Of a stretch of DNA of 64,000 bases, positions 37,201 through 51,076 are shown one piece after another. Location: positions 1 through 64,000 of the forward strand of contig JAQFVV010000008.1 in NCBI GenBank assembly GCA_028023455.1, written 5' to 3'. The translations under genes were made by a program, and so were the position numbers. The notes under the pieces are model-generated. The model was not told the origin of the DNA. It did no database searches and saw only the letters and a program-made list of their open reading frames with translations. The number at the start of each line of letters is the position of its first letter. The first letter of the stretch is position 1. This DNA comes from Epiperipatus broadwayi (taxonomy: Eukaryota > Animalia > Onychophora).

Positions 37201-39170
37201 ATCTTTTCCTGATAGCACTTATCCTGGACCACATGCTATTCCTAAATATCTTTGTTTGCATATTAGCAATTTCATGCTATCTGTTATTATGAATTTATTT
37301 AACTTTTTGTCTAAACAAATTCATCATATTGATGGATTATACCCAGTATTATTAGTTCCATTTCTTAAGGTGAATTCATTTCTTTCCCGCTAAATAATCT
37401 TTGCTGTATCTCTTTATATCTCCTTTACTTATAAAAATTATTGAATCTATCATAAAGGATGTGATTCAACTTTTTATACTCCCTTCAATTTCAGAAATAC
37501 CAATATGCAAAAAAGGTAGTTTCCATCCCTGATGCCATCTTACTGTGCAGAATTATAACAAAAAAAACTGTCCTTATTGCAGTACAAATAGATATTTCAT
37601 CTGCGTTTGATTTTGTACCCATTGACTCTCATTGAATTATTACAGTCTTATAATAAAGTGTCAGCAGGCTTCAAGTCGTTTAACTCTATTCCACAAAGGT
37701 CACCATTGAATGCATTATTTTTCATCACCCATATCAATCCACTCCTTCTTGAAATGGAAGAGAAACTATCTGGTGTTCATGTCGCAATGATAGTAGGGCT
37801 ATTAAGCATATAACTTTTATAGATGATCTTGTCATCTTCCTCCCCGAAAGGCACAATGCTCATTTTAAACTCCAATTCAACCTTAATAAGTCATCCACAT
37901 GGAATATACTCTCCGGAAAGAGTGTCTTCTCTCTTTACTTCACCCCTACACAATTTTCTTGGCTTTCCTATCTATAAATCAATAAATGCCATGAGAATAT
38001 CAATCCAGAGCTCCCTGCTCTTGTCCATTGAAAAAATCATTAACTTCTTATTCAAAGTATACCTCTCTCTTCATGCAAAAATTTTTCTAATCAACATCTT
38101 AATCTTTTCAAAATCACCTAATATAAGCAAATCATTAGGTTCACCAATACATTTAAGAAGACAAATTCACTTTGTTCAAATTAATTTGGAATAAAAAAGC
38201 TGTGGTCATCAGTGTTGGTACACTGAATAGGTATTCCAAAGATATGATCTCTCCAATTTCTATTTTTTTTCTTTCAGAGATCATTTAACTCAATATTTAA
38301 ATTTGTATCTATGTACCTGAAGAACTGTTTGCTAAACCACCTTTCAGTGGTAGTATTTTTTTCAATCTCTTATCAAATGTGTTGCTGCACATCTTGACCT
38401 GAATCAACATTTCATTTCAGAGAAAATAATTTATTGGGAGGCCTATAATTTGACTTGTAGTACCAATCAAACTCAACCACAGTTTCCTCTTAATCTCAAT
38501 AATAAACAAATCATTTTAAAATTCAAATTCTGGTATCTAGAACTAAAATACCTAGATTTCCTTATTAAAATCAATCTACATACTATATCCACTAATTATT
38601 TGCCACAAACAATGGTATATCTGCTCACTCTGTCATAAATCAGAAAAAAAAAAAGTCATCGCCTTTTATTCCAATATCCAGCCATTCTTGTATATAGAAA
38701 CATTATTGAATCAATTACTTACTAAATCACATATTTCACCAATCTCATAGATAGTATGAAGCATGGCCTCTTTTTGCTCTATTATAAACACAATTTTTAT
38801 CATGTTCACTCAGTTGTCATTTTTATTTTGACCCTACATACAAGAAATTGCAATCGCTGTTTTACAATCAGAAATCTAAAATTAAAAACCGAGATGAGGC
38901 CCTTGCTCCGTCTATCTATCATGCCACATAGAGCCTTATTATATTACTCTTCCCTCTCCTTTGTAATACTAACTATTAATCAAAAGATATATACAAAGAA
39001 TATCAATAGATTTATGGTATGGGTATATATTAGCAGAGTGTTTCTGATATTTTTAAGATTATTACCATGAACAATTCCTTTTTCGACTATTTAATACGAT
39101 TAAATTGAAAATCACCTCAACCTTATATTATCCATTTACATTGTTGACTAATTTAAAGACCTAATAAAAA
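34270..39170 (+). mobile_element. Heavily decayed L1/Tx1-clade LINE (ORF1 and ORF2)
   Basis: ORF1 relic IIFRGMAPQCFFCE (35.0 kb); EN relic ...FFSETKF (36.1 kb); RT relics AVQIDISSAFDFVP, IPQRSPLNALFFITHINPLL, FIDDLVIFL (37.6-37.9 kb). Clearly homologous to the RT at 61664-62911. Confidence 0.85.
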
Positions 39171-41779
39171 TTAATTTTAAAAGTATTTTAAGAAGTATGA
39201 TTCTTCTGCCTTAAATGTTTAAATCCAGATATAAAAAGGAAAAATTGCTGTTACTATTTTTAGAACTGAAAAAAAAATGGCAAAAATATAGAAATTGTTT
39301 TTGTAAGGAGTAGCCATTATTTTAAAATGCAAAAACAAATCATTTAATTGTTTAGTTACCCAATACATGATAAATCAAGAGCAACTCTCTACTCTAGTGC
39401 CAACTATATTAAATTTCGTTTATTGAAATCAAATACATAACCAAATAAAGTAATATGGATATTCATATGAATAAAAGATATATAGAGAAATACATTAATT
39501 TTTAATAGATAATTTTTTTTAAATTACATGAACTGAAAGTATAATATTTTATTTATTGGAAACACTATTTTTTAACATAGAAAACAAAATTTACAATAAA
39601 AAACAGAATGGAAATTAAATTCAAAGAAAATATTAGTATAATATTTTAAGTGTTTATATGAAACTAATTTAATGATAAAGTGCCTTGCAAATAGATTTTA
39701 GATATGCTAGTATCTGTCTCATAAATGTAATGACAGTAAGAAATTTAATTAAACAATTTATTTATTGAATTATATGGATATTAATCTACATTAGTAAACT
39801 TTTAGAAGAAATAACATGGGAGTTGTGGTGATAATAAATCAGAATAAAGATATCATGAGTCAGTTTGAAAAGTACTACTATTTGCAGCTGATAAGAATTG
39901 CTAGAATATGAAGGTCATATATATAGTTTTTTCCAAAAAAGTATGTTTTTGGAGTATAATGAAGTTGGCCACATCATCTATATCACCATCCACTATTTCA
40001 TGTATATGCTCTTTGGGGAAAAAAAGAAGTAAAAAACAAGTTTAGGTACTTATGTATTAGAACTGTTCATGTTTTGCAATAGCAGAATGTCATATTAAAA
40101 AATCACAACTATGGCATTCTGCTGTCACAAACATCTCCTCCCCCACCGGAGTAAGGTATAGCATTCTGCCATCACAAACACAGGCAGCAGATCTAATACG
40201 TAAGTACCCAAATTTAAATAATTTTTTCAATTTCTATTTCATATGGCAATTGGGTAAAAGCCTGTCCCATATATGTAAATATCCAAATTTATGTAAACAA
40301 ACAAGTTTCACATGGCAATTGCTTGGAAGCCTGTTCCATATATTTGATGTAATTTAATCAACTCATCTTGTATATATTGTATTTTATTTTATTTTGGATT
40401 TTACTTATCAGTTTTTATCAATCTACTACTCACAAAGTAAGCACAATATGATTTTAATTGCATAATTAAATTGCTTAAGTGCAATATTTTTTTGAATTTA
40501 TAATATTAAAAGTTTTATTGTTATTTAGACAAAGAATGCTAAAGCTTTATTATTTAACTTCTTCATAGTATTTTTTATCCTCAAAACAATTAGACTATTT
40601 ATAAGCATGAACCAAGTCATAAAAAAATGTTTCCCATGCCTTTTATTTTATTCTTTAAATCACCATTTAAGAACAAAAAAATCTGTTGTTTTTTTTTTTT
40701 TAAATTTAGCAACCTATTGTATAAAGGAACCACAATCTAATTGTTTCTTTAAAAAATCCAAAATACAATGCTTGTCAGATTTTTATTCTGCTTATAAATG
40801 AAATTGCTTTAATAATTAAAGCTATTAAAGGCAATTCAAAAAAATGTATTGTTTGTTTTTATTAAATATTAAGAATGTATACATTGAACTTATTTTCAAA
40901 TTAAAACATATTATATGTGAATGTTATGTATATATAAACAAAGGGAATAAATTACATTGTCTCAGGCTATTGTAAGTACCCAGATTAATGCTGTAAGTCA
41001 TAATATATATTTTTTTTAAAAAAAAAAAAAGAATAAAGAAGTTCATTGATCTTCTTTAATTTTCATTTCACTTGACTATGGATAGCAGAGGTCTTGAAAT
41101 ATAATATTAACTAGATAACCATGGCAACCTACCTAATGCTTTAAAATAATATTGTTTACTGCTAATTCTAGCATCAAATCCTAAATATGTTGTGATCAGT
41201 TTCAGAGAAAAATGTAAACAGGTGAATAAATAAATAGATTTTGGAAATGGTTAAGTGAATCATAAAAAAAAGATCACTTGAATAAAATCAATATTATTAC
41301 TGAGTATTACACATTTCAATTTCTGTCATTACAATCACCATAGCTACCCATATTATGAAATTAAATGTTTTATGTTTATATGTTTGTTTATAAATTAGTA
41401 TGGGGAAAAATATTATTAAAATCATATGTAAAAAAATATGTTAATTAAAAAAATATTTAAAATGTAATAGGAATTCTTTATTTTGGTTTAAAATGAAAAA
41501 AAATCATATTGAACTTGTAAAACAGGATTTTATTTTCATTGTATCCAATTATTTTCACTTACAAATTGGAGGCAAATTTTCATGAACAAATTTTTATGTC
41601 ATTGAGTGAGACCTGAGCATTTTCCAACAGTCATTGTGATAACTATAATGTAATCAAGAGTATCTTATAAATAGAAGAGAGACACTGTAATTTGATTTCT
41701 TATAATTTTATCATTGCCTAGGATAGATGCATTTAGATTTGTCTTTAAAAATTTATTAAATTTTATTGTCTAAGTAATT

Positions 41780-42420
41780 AATTTATAAAACTATGGAAGA
41801 ATAAAAATTTTAACTATCTGCCCATTCAATTGAGACAGCTTGCTGATGAAATTTCAGGGGAAATGGCAAAAATATGAGATAAAGAAAAATCCATCAAAAT
41901 GCATTGTATTGCAGATCAGCTATATAAAGATATCCCATGATTAAAATTTAGAATTTCACTTATTTATTTGTGATGGATATAAATCTCATTTTATGTCTAT
42001 GGATATTATATTTCAGATCAAGAAATTTTACAAGATCAATTAACTCAAAATATGTGTGATATTAAGCAATTTAAACTTCACTTTCATAAATTGAAAAGAA
42101 AAGCTGGTATTTGTTCATCACTTGGATAAAATTGAATTGCATCATTGAAAGAATTTTCTTTACACCTTATTATCAATGAAAAAGGAAAATAGAGCCAGTG
42201 ATGTGTAATTTTACATTGACTAAGTATGTGCTGTTTTTAGAAGCTTGGATATTTATATACTTAAAAGAAAATATCAGAATTTAAATGCGAAAGTACTTGG
42301 ATTTGAATTAGTGATATTTGCCACTCATGTTCATATTCTCTGCTTAAAGGAAAATTGTCTCTATGTCTAAGGATCGGAAACAAAGATCCAGAAGCTACGA
42401 TGGATCAGTGGATAGTGGGT
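41780..42420 (+). mobile_element. Possible very old LINE RT C-terminal relic
   Basis: KWQKYEIKKNPSKCIVLQI resembles the W...N.SKC..L motif after the YADD region, followed by a YGYYI (YLG-like) patch. Many stops. Confidence 0.3.
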
Positions 42421-43088
42421 GAAAATGGATAGACTTTCACTTAAATTGGTATTATTTGTAAGTGTGTATATATAATTTGATGAAAGAAAAAGTGATTGCA
42501 TTTTATTTTAAAAACATAGGTAAATAGTATATATATATATATATGTGAGTTAATGATAGAATTCATGCAATAAAAAGGTCAGAGAGATTCATTTTTGTTC
42601 TTATTATTTGGACCCTTATCTGATGATATAAGTTAATACAACCTGCTGTTCTCAAAATGGTTTAAATTATGTTTGTTTAATTATTGAGAAATTACATTAT
42701 TGAATAAATAGAGATAAATTTTTATTTGATCACATTTTTTTTTATCATTGTATATTATATTTAAAATCTCAGGAAGATATTTGAATCTCTCCTTCCATTT
42801 CATATATAGTATTATTGTTTCATGCAATATATTTTTTAGAGTTTCATATTGAAACAGTAAAATCTGTTATACGTATTTTGCTTCACTGTCTGGTCACATT
42901 AGTAATCTTAAACTGAAGTTCTAACCCATTCTTGTACTTGTTTAATTATCAGAGTGTGTAAGTACACATATACACATGATTAAACATCCCTTTTTTGTAA
43001 GTTGCAAACAGTTATTTTAAACAAAGGCAGAATATTTATTAAAGTTTTAATTCGGAAATATTTAAAATTTCCGTCACCTTAAACAATC

Positions 43089-43108
43089 GTGTGTGTGTGT
43101 GTGTGTGT
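43089..43108. repeat. (GT)10 microsatellite
   Basis: Read directly. Confidence 0.95.
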
Positions 43109-43339
43109 TACAGATACACAAAATATTGTAAATAATATTTATTCATTTATTAAATATATTCTGTATTTATTTGATTTATATAATCCATGTATTTTTTTTA
43201 TATAAAGCTGATGTATTAACAGAGAAGGTTCTGGAAAGTAATTAGCATAACTTTAAATTTAAGAAACAAAAGGACACACTTTGTTTAATGTCAAATATCA
43301 TTGTTAAATTAGATGGATTTTAGTAATTCTAAATTTTAA

Positions 43340-43900
43340 TGGAAATTATATCTGTTGAATCTATTTCCCATATAGAAATAGAGTAGAACAATACTTTCCA
43401 GAACTTATCTTGTTTTCATCTTTCAAATGCAATTTTAAACAAAGGATGAGTGAAGTCATGTCAGGTAATGCATATCCAACTGCCTCAAGCGGCAATGTAA
43501 AGGAACTTTCTAGAAGGTTTTGTTGGCATATAAATACAACCAAATTCAATACAGTACACTCTGCTTTTACTTTTCAGAGAAGTGTTGCTAACCGAATCCA
43601 CATTACTCAAAATTTTGATAACATGACTTCTGAGTAGAGGGAAGAAATTTGCTTTCCTGAGCTCTCCAAGATTGTTTCCATACCGATATGCTACCATGCC
43701 ATCCTCACTCAAGAACTGCCTTAATCAAATCATGTATTAACTCTCAAGAAAAATGCTGACCAATGATTTGATCCAAACTCTGTGTTGCTGACTGTGCTTT
43801 CCATGTTAGTTTTTCGTGTGAACCCATACGGCCATCGAATCGTCGAGTTATTAGAAGGTAATCCCGCCTGTGCCGCTAACATGAACTCTTAAATCATTTA
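43340..43900 (-). mobile_element. Degenerate APE-type LINE fragment (endonuclease C-terminus and linker)
   Basis: LLITRRFDGRMGSHEKLTWKAQSATQSLDQII resembles H..TW.SP...NQIDHI; the downstream RKFLYIAA patch resembles the linker. Confidence 0.4.
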
Positions 43901-46900
43901 AATATCATTTGGTTTTAATTATAATGTAACTCTCTGTCTATTTAATAATTGGCAATGCAAGTGCCAATTATAATAATTGTAATAAATTTATGATGACTCT
44001 CTCTCTTCCTGTAAAATATAAATGCACAAATCTATGAATCTCTAATCTGTAACTGTATCTATTGGGTAGCAAGCTTTATCTATATCTTACTATTTGAATG
44101 TGGCAAACTTAAATTTTATTTTATTATATATTATGTATTTTGGTTAAATTTGATCTTAATATGCTAATGACTCAATCTAGTGAACTGATATTATTCTAAT
44201 TCATCGTACCAATATTATGGGATACATAAATACTTAAATGTAAGTCTTCTTTTTAAATGAAAGGTTTGCTCGATTGAATATTATTTAATGGTTATATTGT
44301 CTAATGGCAGATTATAAGCTGTCTCTTGTATATCAATTTCTTATCGTGTTTGGCTCTATTGATTGAATTATAGTGTATTCTTTAACGTAAATTTAATGGC
44401 TTTACCTTTCTGTTTAATAATCAATCATTTTCTTATCACACTATCAAGTGTTATATTTGGGTATGTAATTATTTACGCGTTAAGCATAGTTACATTTGTT
44501 TAATGAAGGGAACAATATTTCTTTTTATTTTGACATTCTCATTAGTAGTCAAGATCATGTGTACCTTTAAGGATGAGTTAAGTTTTGTCATATCATTATG
44601 CTAGATATTTCTAATTTAGGAGAGCTTTAGCTAATCTATCAGTGTCATTAAAGACCTGAATCTTATTTAGCATTTCTTACTCCTAAAAACAATAAAAAAC
44701 TTTATTGCTTTGTCAAAACTAATATCCAGAGGTCCTGGATCATTTCTTCTTATGGCTTGTTCCAAAATGGGGTTTGGAAGCACCGACTTCAGGACAATGT
44801 CAGGTTGTAGTGAGGCTCTGCATGGGATAACATTGGGGGAGACATCGGAAAAACCCGGACTATGGCACCCCCTACCAACCACTTATCCAAATACCACCCT
44901 GTCACAAGTGCAGGTGAATTCTTGCATTCGTTAATAATTGACGAAGCCTGTTGGTCCCAGAGCAGACTTAACATTTCTAATGCTATCACTTCAGTCATTC
45001 ACTACAAGCTTCTTAGTAATATTTTATATTGCCCTACTATATCTATAAGCCGCAATGTTGTGATCTCTGTAAACCATTCTATCTTTATCTTGATTATTAT
45101 TATTTATTAGAAATGTCATCTTAAAGCTTATTTGAGCTAGCTGCCCTTTCATTTGAACAATCTTTGGCCATGCTAGTAAGCAACATTTAGTAATTCTATC
45201 AAATCAGAATTGCTCAAATAAATGTGCAAAATGCTTATTTGTTTCAAATGATTGATGTAACGTATAACTATTGACCGGATAAAACTTGTTATATCTTTTA
45301 AAATGCATGATTACTGTATTATTCTGGAAAACCATAATTCAAATAGGGTTTTAATAAACAATGCCCTAATTTTTGTATATGCTTCTTAACGTCATTAATT
45401 CTCCATTGGTGTATCATAGTGCTAATATTATAAATCTGTTTTAAAATTGATATCTGTTTTAATTAGCATATTAAGCCACATTGTTTTAAATATACGTCAT
45501 GTAGTATATCATTATATATATATTGGGTTTTATTTGCATATTTTTCAATCATTGTAATCCATATTCTATAATGCATAGTAACATTACGTAACCTATAGAA
45601 TATGCCAATCATCATCATTGATCACATGAAACCTGTACTCTATTAACTTATGTTGTTATATGTAAATAAATTGTCATTTGTATGTGTTAAATTTATATTT
45701 ATTGTCGCTTAAATACTCGATTCCTTATTAATTATATTAATAAATTATTAACTTTTCATAACTGATTACTATCTCAGCAATTCTTTGTCTTAGTGTTGTT
45801 TTATGAGTGCACATCATTAAGGATTGCGTTATAATCTATGCTCCTCTTCATCTCATGCTAGTCAGTTGCATCCCATTAATCTTGTCTTAATAAAATATCT
45901 GTATAATTGTGAAGTTCTCTGCCAATGTTAGGGGTTTTAAGTAATTATGTCACATTTTCTCTGAAGATCTCTTGTCTCTCCACTGTGTTTCCAGGACTGG
46001 AATAATGAAATACTTTTGTTATCATCAAAGATGTTGTCCATAAGGTCATACATAGATTTAGAGAGTGGGCAAAAAGGGCAGAAATCATGATTGCTCCTGA
46101 CCTATGTATCTCAGGCATGATTGGTTTTAGGGTACTTTAGCTTATTCTCTAACTCTTGTTAAATGTACATACAAATCTGACCAGTACAATATATACATAT
46201 TTTATTATTATTTTATTGATTTTAGTCTATTGCAAACATCAATTGTTTGTTCTGTTACAATTTTATTATTACTGTTATAAAATTGTATTATAAACCAATA
46301 AATTTAGAGTTGATTTAAAATCCAGTGAATCTGTCTAATTATTTCTTTTGAATGTGCAAGGTAATTTTGGTATTTGGAGTTTGATCCAAGATCAAACCCA
46401 TCTTGGTAAGTGTAATAGATTTAGATAAATGTATATTTTCTTATAAATTATTATGTTATTATTAGATCTAATCAGGTATAAATATTATATTTATTACTGA
46501 AATTAAATAGTTGTTTACTTATCTAAGTCCATAGGACTGGTAGAAATAATTTCATTAGTTCAGAGTTCATTATTTATTTGCTTATCTGGTCTGGTTCAAA
46601 AATTTTAATAGATTGTGTTCTGTCTTTAGTCAGAATGATCTGTCTTAATTACTTTTAAACTTCTCTGAAGTGGAGATCATAAATTTCATTAACTAGTATA
46701 ACTGAATGTTATCTTTGGCTTGGATAACTGCCGATTATCATAATATATAGTTTAATTGTTATAAAATCCATTTTTATAATCGATTGATTGGAGATTTAAG
46801 TAGATGAATAATATCAGAGATTGTAAGTCAGTAAATATCCAATAGAAACGTATGGTATATTTTTATAATGTGATTGGGTACTGTAAAATGTGAAATTATC

Positions 46901-48204
46901 TAATGGAATTTATTGATAATAAATTATTGTGGAGGGTTTCATTTTAGAATATAACTGAAGCAATAATTACATGTCGATCTAATGTAGGGTATGAATGAAA
47001 TGCTTATATTTAACGTTTTATTAAAATAGATGTAAAACTGAGTAAGGATTTATTTTATTTGAACATTATAAATATTGTGTGTTTAGAAAACGTTCTCAAA
47101 ATGAATTATAATTATTTAGAAATTAGTTGATTTAAATAGAATGTCATTAAAGATTAAAGTAAATCTGCATTATTATAAATAATATTAGATTAATAAAGTA
47201 TGTCGGAATTTGGTTATTTATTGATTCGAATTTAGTTTTATTCAATTATCAATCAAATAAATATCTTAGGCATATATCATTGTTTAGGGCAATGATATAT
47301 GATTTCACTGCTTATTGCCATTTACTTTGGAATAGTGAATAGATTTGTTGATGTCTGAAGCTATGATTTCATTTGCCTTATTTAATTTTAAATACAATCT
47401 GAATAAATTAGATTTTAATAGAGATTTTAATATTTTATGATAGTGCAGTGGACAATCTAAATAATTATGTATGAGAAATATTGTTATTGTCTAGTGTGAT
47501 CAATAACTGAGCTAGATAATTTTACACAGGTTCTAACAGAGTTATTATTCGTTAATGCATGTTTTGCTCTGTGATAAATAATATAAATCTTTATGACACA
47601 TGTTGTCTGAACAAATGTAGAGAGGGAGTGAGATAGAAAATACATTATTATTGTGACAAAATAGCTACCCAATGCTAGCCAATGATGATCATGTACAAGT
47701 GGCAATTATTACAAATTGCCCAATCAACTTTGGGCTGTTATAAAATGACATTCCATATTTAGGCTAGATCTATATTATTGTGAATGATTTCTCAATTCTG
47801 AGACATGTAAAGTTTTTTTATATTACCATCTCATATTATAATTAATATTCCATTACAAAATAGTGACCAACAATTGGGCTATGTTTTATTCAGATTAGAT
47901 TGATCATTTCCTCAGCATCATCATTTTTATCACATTATACTATGAATTAAATGCACTAAATGTTGAACAAAGGATCAAGAATAGAATGAAACTATTCTTG
48001 AAGTTCTGATGTTTGTAAGAATACTTTGTCAATATTTTTGGTAATTCATAATGAAATTAATATATCAACTAAATGGAATATGGCACTTAATAATTAAACT
48101 AATAATTAATTATACAAGGCTGGAGACTGAATTTCTCTTTTAAACCTTGATTGTAATAATTAAATAAGATTTAGCATGTAAACATTAAATTAAATATAAC
48201 TTAA

Positions 48205-49655
48205 TTTATTATATATAGAGCTTGCAAATAAACTCTTAACAAGCTTTGCAGAATATCCACAACTCCAGACCAGTTTCTGCTACTGGCATCCTCAGTGAGG
48301 TGCTAGGATATTCAAGCATTAGATTAAAAATACCAGGACAAGCCCAGCACTTTATCTAATGTATAACTATTAAGTAGAAAATCTGAAATGTTCAGACATC
48401 CATATGTCTTCCAATCCAGCTATCTAACTTAAATAGCCATATGGGACTGAATTAAGTTCAGATGCACCATATATCAATAGCTTTAGCAATATAAAATCAC
48501 CAAAGTCTTAATAGCAAAAAAAAAATAAAAAATACAAAATCAAGTCAGATGTCACATGACCTAATTTAATAAGCTTGTATTACAAATGTTATATATAGAG
48601 CTTGCAAATAAGCTCTTAACAAGCTTTGTAGAATGTCCCCAACCCTAAACCGGTTTCTGCTACTGGCATAATTTTATTTTTTACTACTAAGGCTTTGTCA
48701 ATTTTATATTGCTAAAGCCATTAATATATGGTGTGTCTGAACTTAGTTCAACCCCATATGGCTATTTAAGTTAGATAGCTGTATCAGAAAACATATGGAT
48801 GTCTGAAAATTTTAGATTTTCTACTTAATAGTTATACATCAGATAAAATGCTGGGGTTGGGGATATTCTGCAAAGCTTGTTAAGAGCTTATTTGAGAGCT
48901 CAACATATAACATTTATAATACAAGCTTATTAAATTAGGTCATGTGACATCTGACTTGATTTTTTTGTAATTTTATTTTTTTGCTATTAAGGCTTTGGTG
49001 ATTTTATATTGCTAAAACTATTGATATATGGTGTATCTGAACTTAGTTCAGCCCTATATGGCTATTTAAGTTAGATAGCTGGATTGGAAGACATGGATGT
49101 CTGAAAGTTTCAGATTTTCTACTTAATAGTTGTACATTAGATAAAGTGCTGGGCTTGTCCTGGTATTTTTAATCTAATGCTTGAATATCCTAGCACCTCA
49201 CTGAGAATGTCAGTAGCAGAAACTGATCTGGGATTGGGGATATTTTGCAAAGCTTATTAAGAGCTTATTTGTGAGGTGTATGTTGGGAGTAACAAGAAAG
49301 ATCGAAAACATAATGTATGGGTAAGAGAACAAACAGGTGTTACTGACCTCATTGAAAAAATTAAAAGATTGAAGTGGAGTTGGACAGGACATATTGCTAG
49401 AAGAGATGATAATAGATGGACAATTGAAATTTTAAACTGTATTCCAAGAGATTGTAAATGACCCAGAAAGAGACCACATGTGAGATGGATGGATGAAATA
49501 AGAAAGTGTGCAGGGGTGATGTGGAGAAGAGAAGCTAAAGATCGGAGAAGATGGATTAAACTTGGAGAGATCTTTATCCTGCAGTGGATTGATAATGGTT
49601 GATGATACAACCTTATTAAATTAGTTCATGTAATCTCTGATTTGATTTTTTTGTA
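48205..49655. repeat. 380 bp monomer family, locus 2: forward monomers followed by inverted monomers
   Basis: Forward full unit 48211-48590 and partial 48591-48668; inverted partial with internal deletion ~48669-48910; inverted full unit to 49275; RTE insertion; inverted remnant 49607-49655. Confidence 0.92.
49276..49606 (+). mobile_element. RTE LINE 3' fragment (~330 bp) inserted in the 380 bp repeat
   Basis: RLKWSWTGHIARRDDNRWT...RPRKRPHVRWMDEI; ends gataatggttgatgat; colinear with 28560-28899. Confidence 0.92.
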
Positions 49656-49894
49656 ACTTAATGTATAGATAAATAAAGGGAGTAAATCACCCTCTCTCAG
49701 CATATGAATTAAAAGCACCTAAATTTTGAACAAAGGATCAAAAGTAGAATAAATCCACCTATTTCTGGAGCTCTGATGTTTATAAGCATACCTTTGTCAT
49801 TTTGTAACCTGAGGTATGGTGATATACTTCCTTTGTTTACATATCATTGAGCTATGTTTAATTTAATGTTTATATATATATATTAAGGGTGGGA

Positions 49895-50310
49895 TTTCAC
49901 CCTTATTGTTAAAAGGAGGTTGCTTTGACAACAGTTTGGAAATTGTTGATTGTTATTGATATTGGTATTATCTAACTGTTGACAGGTTTTTAATGATTAC
50001 TTATAAACCTATTTAATTTAGCTTTGAGCATTATTACAATTATTATTTATGTAATACTTTGGGTGCAATTCAAAATTTATAATTGCAGTTTGTAATATTA
50101 TAATTGACTATTTATTAGTCTACATTCAGAATGGGTTTTATAAGAGATTTATTTAAACTTCTTTGTATCAACAATTTCATTCTTGTGATCAAGTTTAGGT
50201 TTCCACCTTTATCATTAAAAAGATCCTGGTTACTTTGACAACATTTTGGAAATTGTTAATTGTTATTAATATTGGGATTGTCTAAGTGTTGACTGGTGTT
50301 TAATGATTAT
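49895..50310 (+). repeat. Diverged ~105-110 bp direct repeat pair (49895-49999, 50200-50310)
   Basis: ctttgacaaca.tttggaaattgtt.attgttatt.atattgg.att.tctaa.tgttgac is in both copies. Confidence 0.85.
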
Positions 50311-50965
50311 ATATATATTACATGATAAGATGGTTGAACTATATGTACTTATTTATAGAAACAATATATATTTGAACAAAGCATCATAAATATATTGAGA
50401 GCTATTATCCACTAATTCACACCATTCAGATCCACTTATTCATATCATTCATTAGAAGGCTTTGGAATAAAATATAGAAAATGTGGGGGTTCCATTGTAT
50501 ATTTAAATATTAGAAGACATTTTGTCAGTTTTCAGTAATGATTCTAAATTTTCTGTAGCAGATAAGGAAACATTATATTCAATATGGATAGCAAAGTTGA
50601 TTATAATGCTGTGACCTCATCTGTTTTAGGATTTTGACTAGATGTTTTGTATTATCAATCATTCTATATGATTTTGTTTTCAAGTTTGTAACAGTCAACT
50701 AAGATTTTACATTTACTTTGTAGATAAGTTTTTAGAGCTTATATGCAATGAAATTTCATGGACTAAAATTATGTTATTAGGATATCATTCCACTTTTTTA
50801 ATTATAAATTTAATCTTATAGTTAGTGTATTTATTTGTACTCATAGTATTTAATGCCATTGAATATTATACTTATATGAATATATTATGTGAAATAATAG
50901 TCATGTTGCTTTTAATAGAATAAGATAATAAGTTAGATTTAACTATACAGTTGTTTCAGTTATTG

Positions 50966-51032
<67 letters not shown>

Positions 51033-51034
51033 AT
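50966..51034. repeat. Compound (TA)n(TG)n microsatellite, duplicated
   Basis: Read directly. Confidence 0.95.
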
Positions 51035-51076
51035 GTACCTAAGTTATAATTATTAAGCAGTTACAGATATATCTGT

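Larger units (their letters stand above)
47941..49799 (+). repeat. Pair of diverged ~90-97 bp direct repeats (47941-48030 and 49703-49799) bracketing the 380 bp repeat cluster
   Basis: tatgaattaaa.gcac..aa..ttgaacaaaggatcaa...tctgatgttt.taag.ata.ctttgtca is present in both. Confidence 0.8.

Noticed and set aside
39880-40030. Minus-strand protein-like patch HIHEIVDGDIDDVANFIILQKH after a polypyrimidine tract
   Set aside because: No donor site before the stop and no recognisable family.
40120-40345. Short diverged direct repeats (gcattctgc..tcacaaaca; tttca.atggcaattg...aagcctgt.ccatatat) with an apparent ATG-to-GTAAGT exon
   Set aside because: The internal duplication pattern suggests repeat debris, and the peptide MAFCCHKHLLPTG... 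is not recognisable.
43440-43600. Penelope GIY-YIG endonuclease (KSRVYCIEFGC)
   Set aside because: Adjacent frames fit an AP-endonuclease C-terminus and linker better, and there is no YIG motif or Penelope RT nearby.
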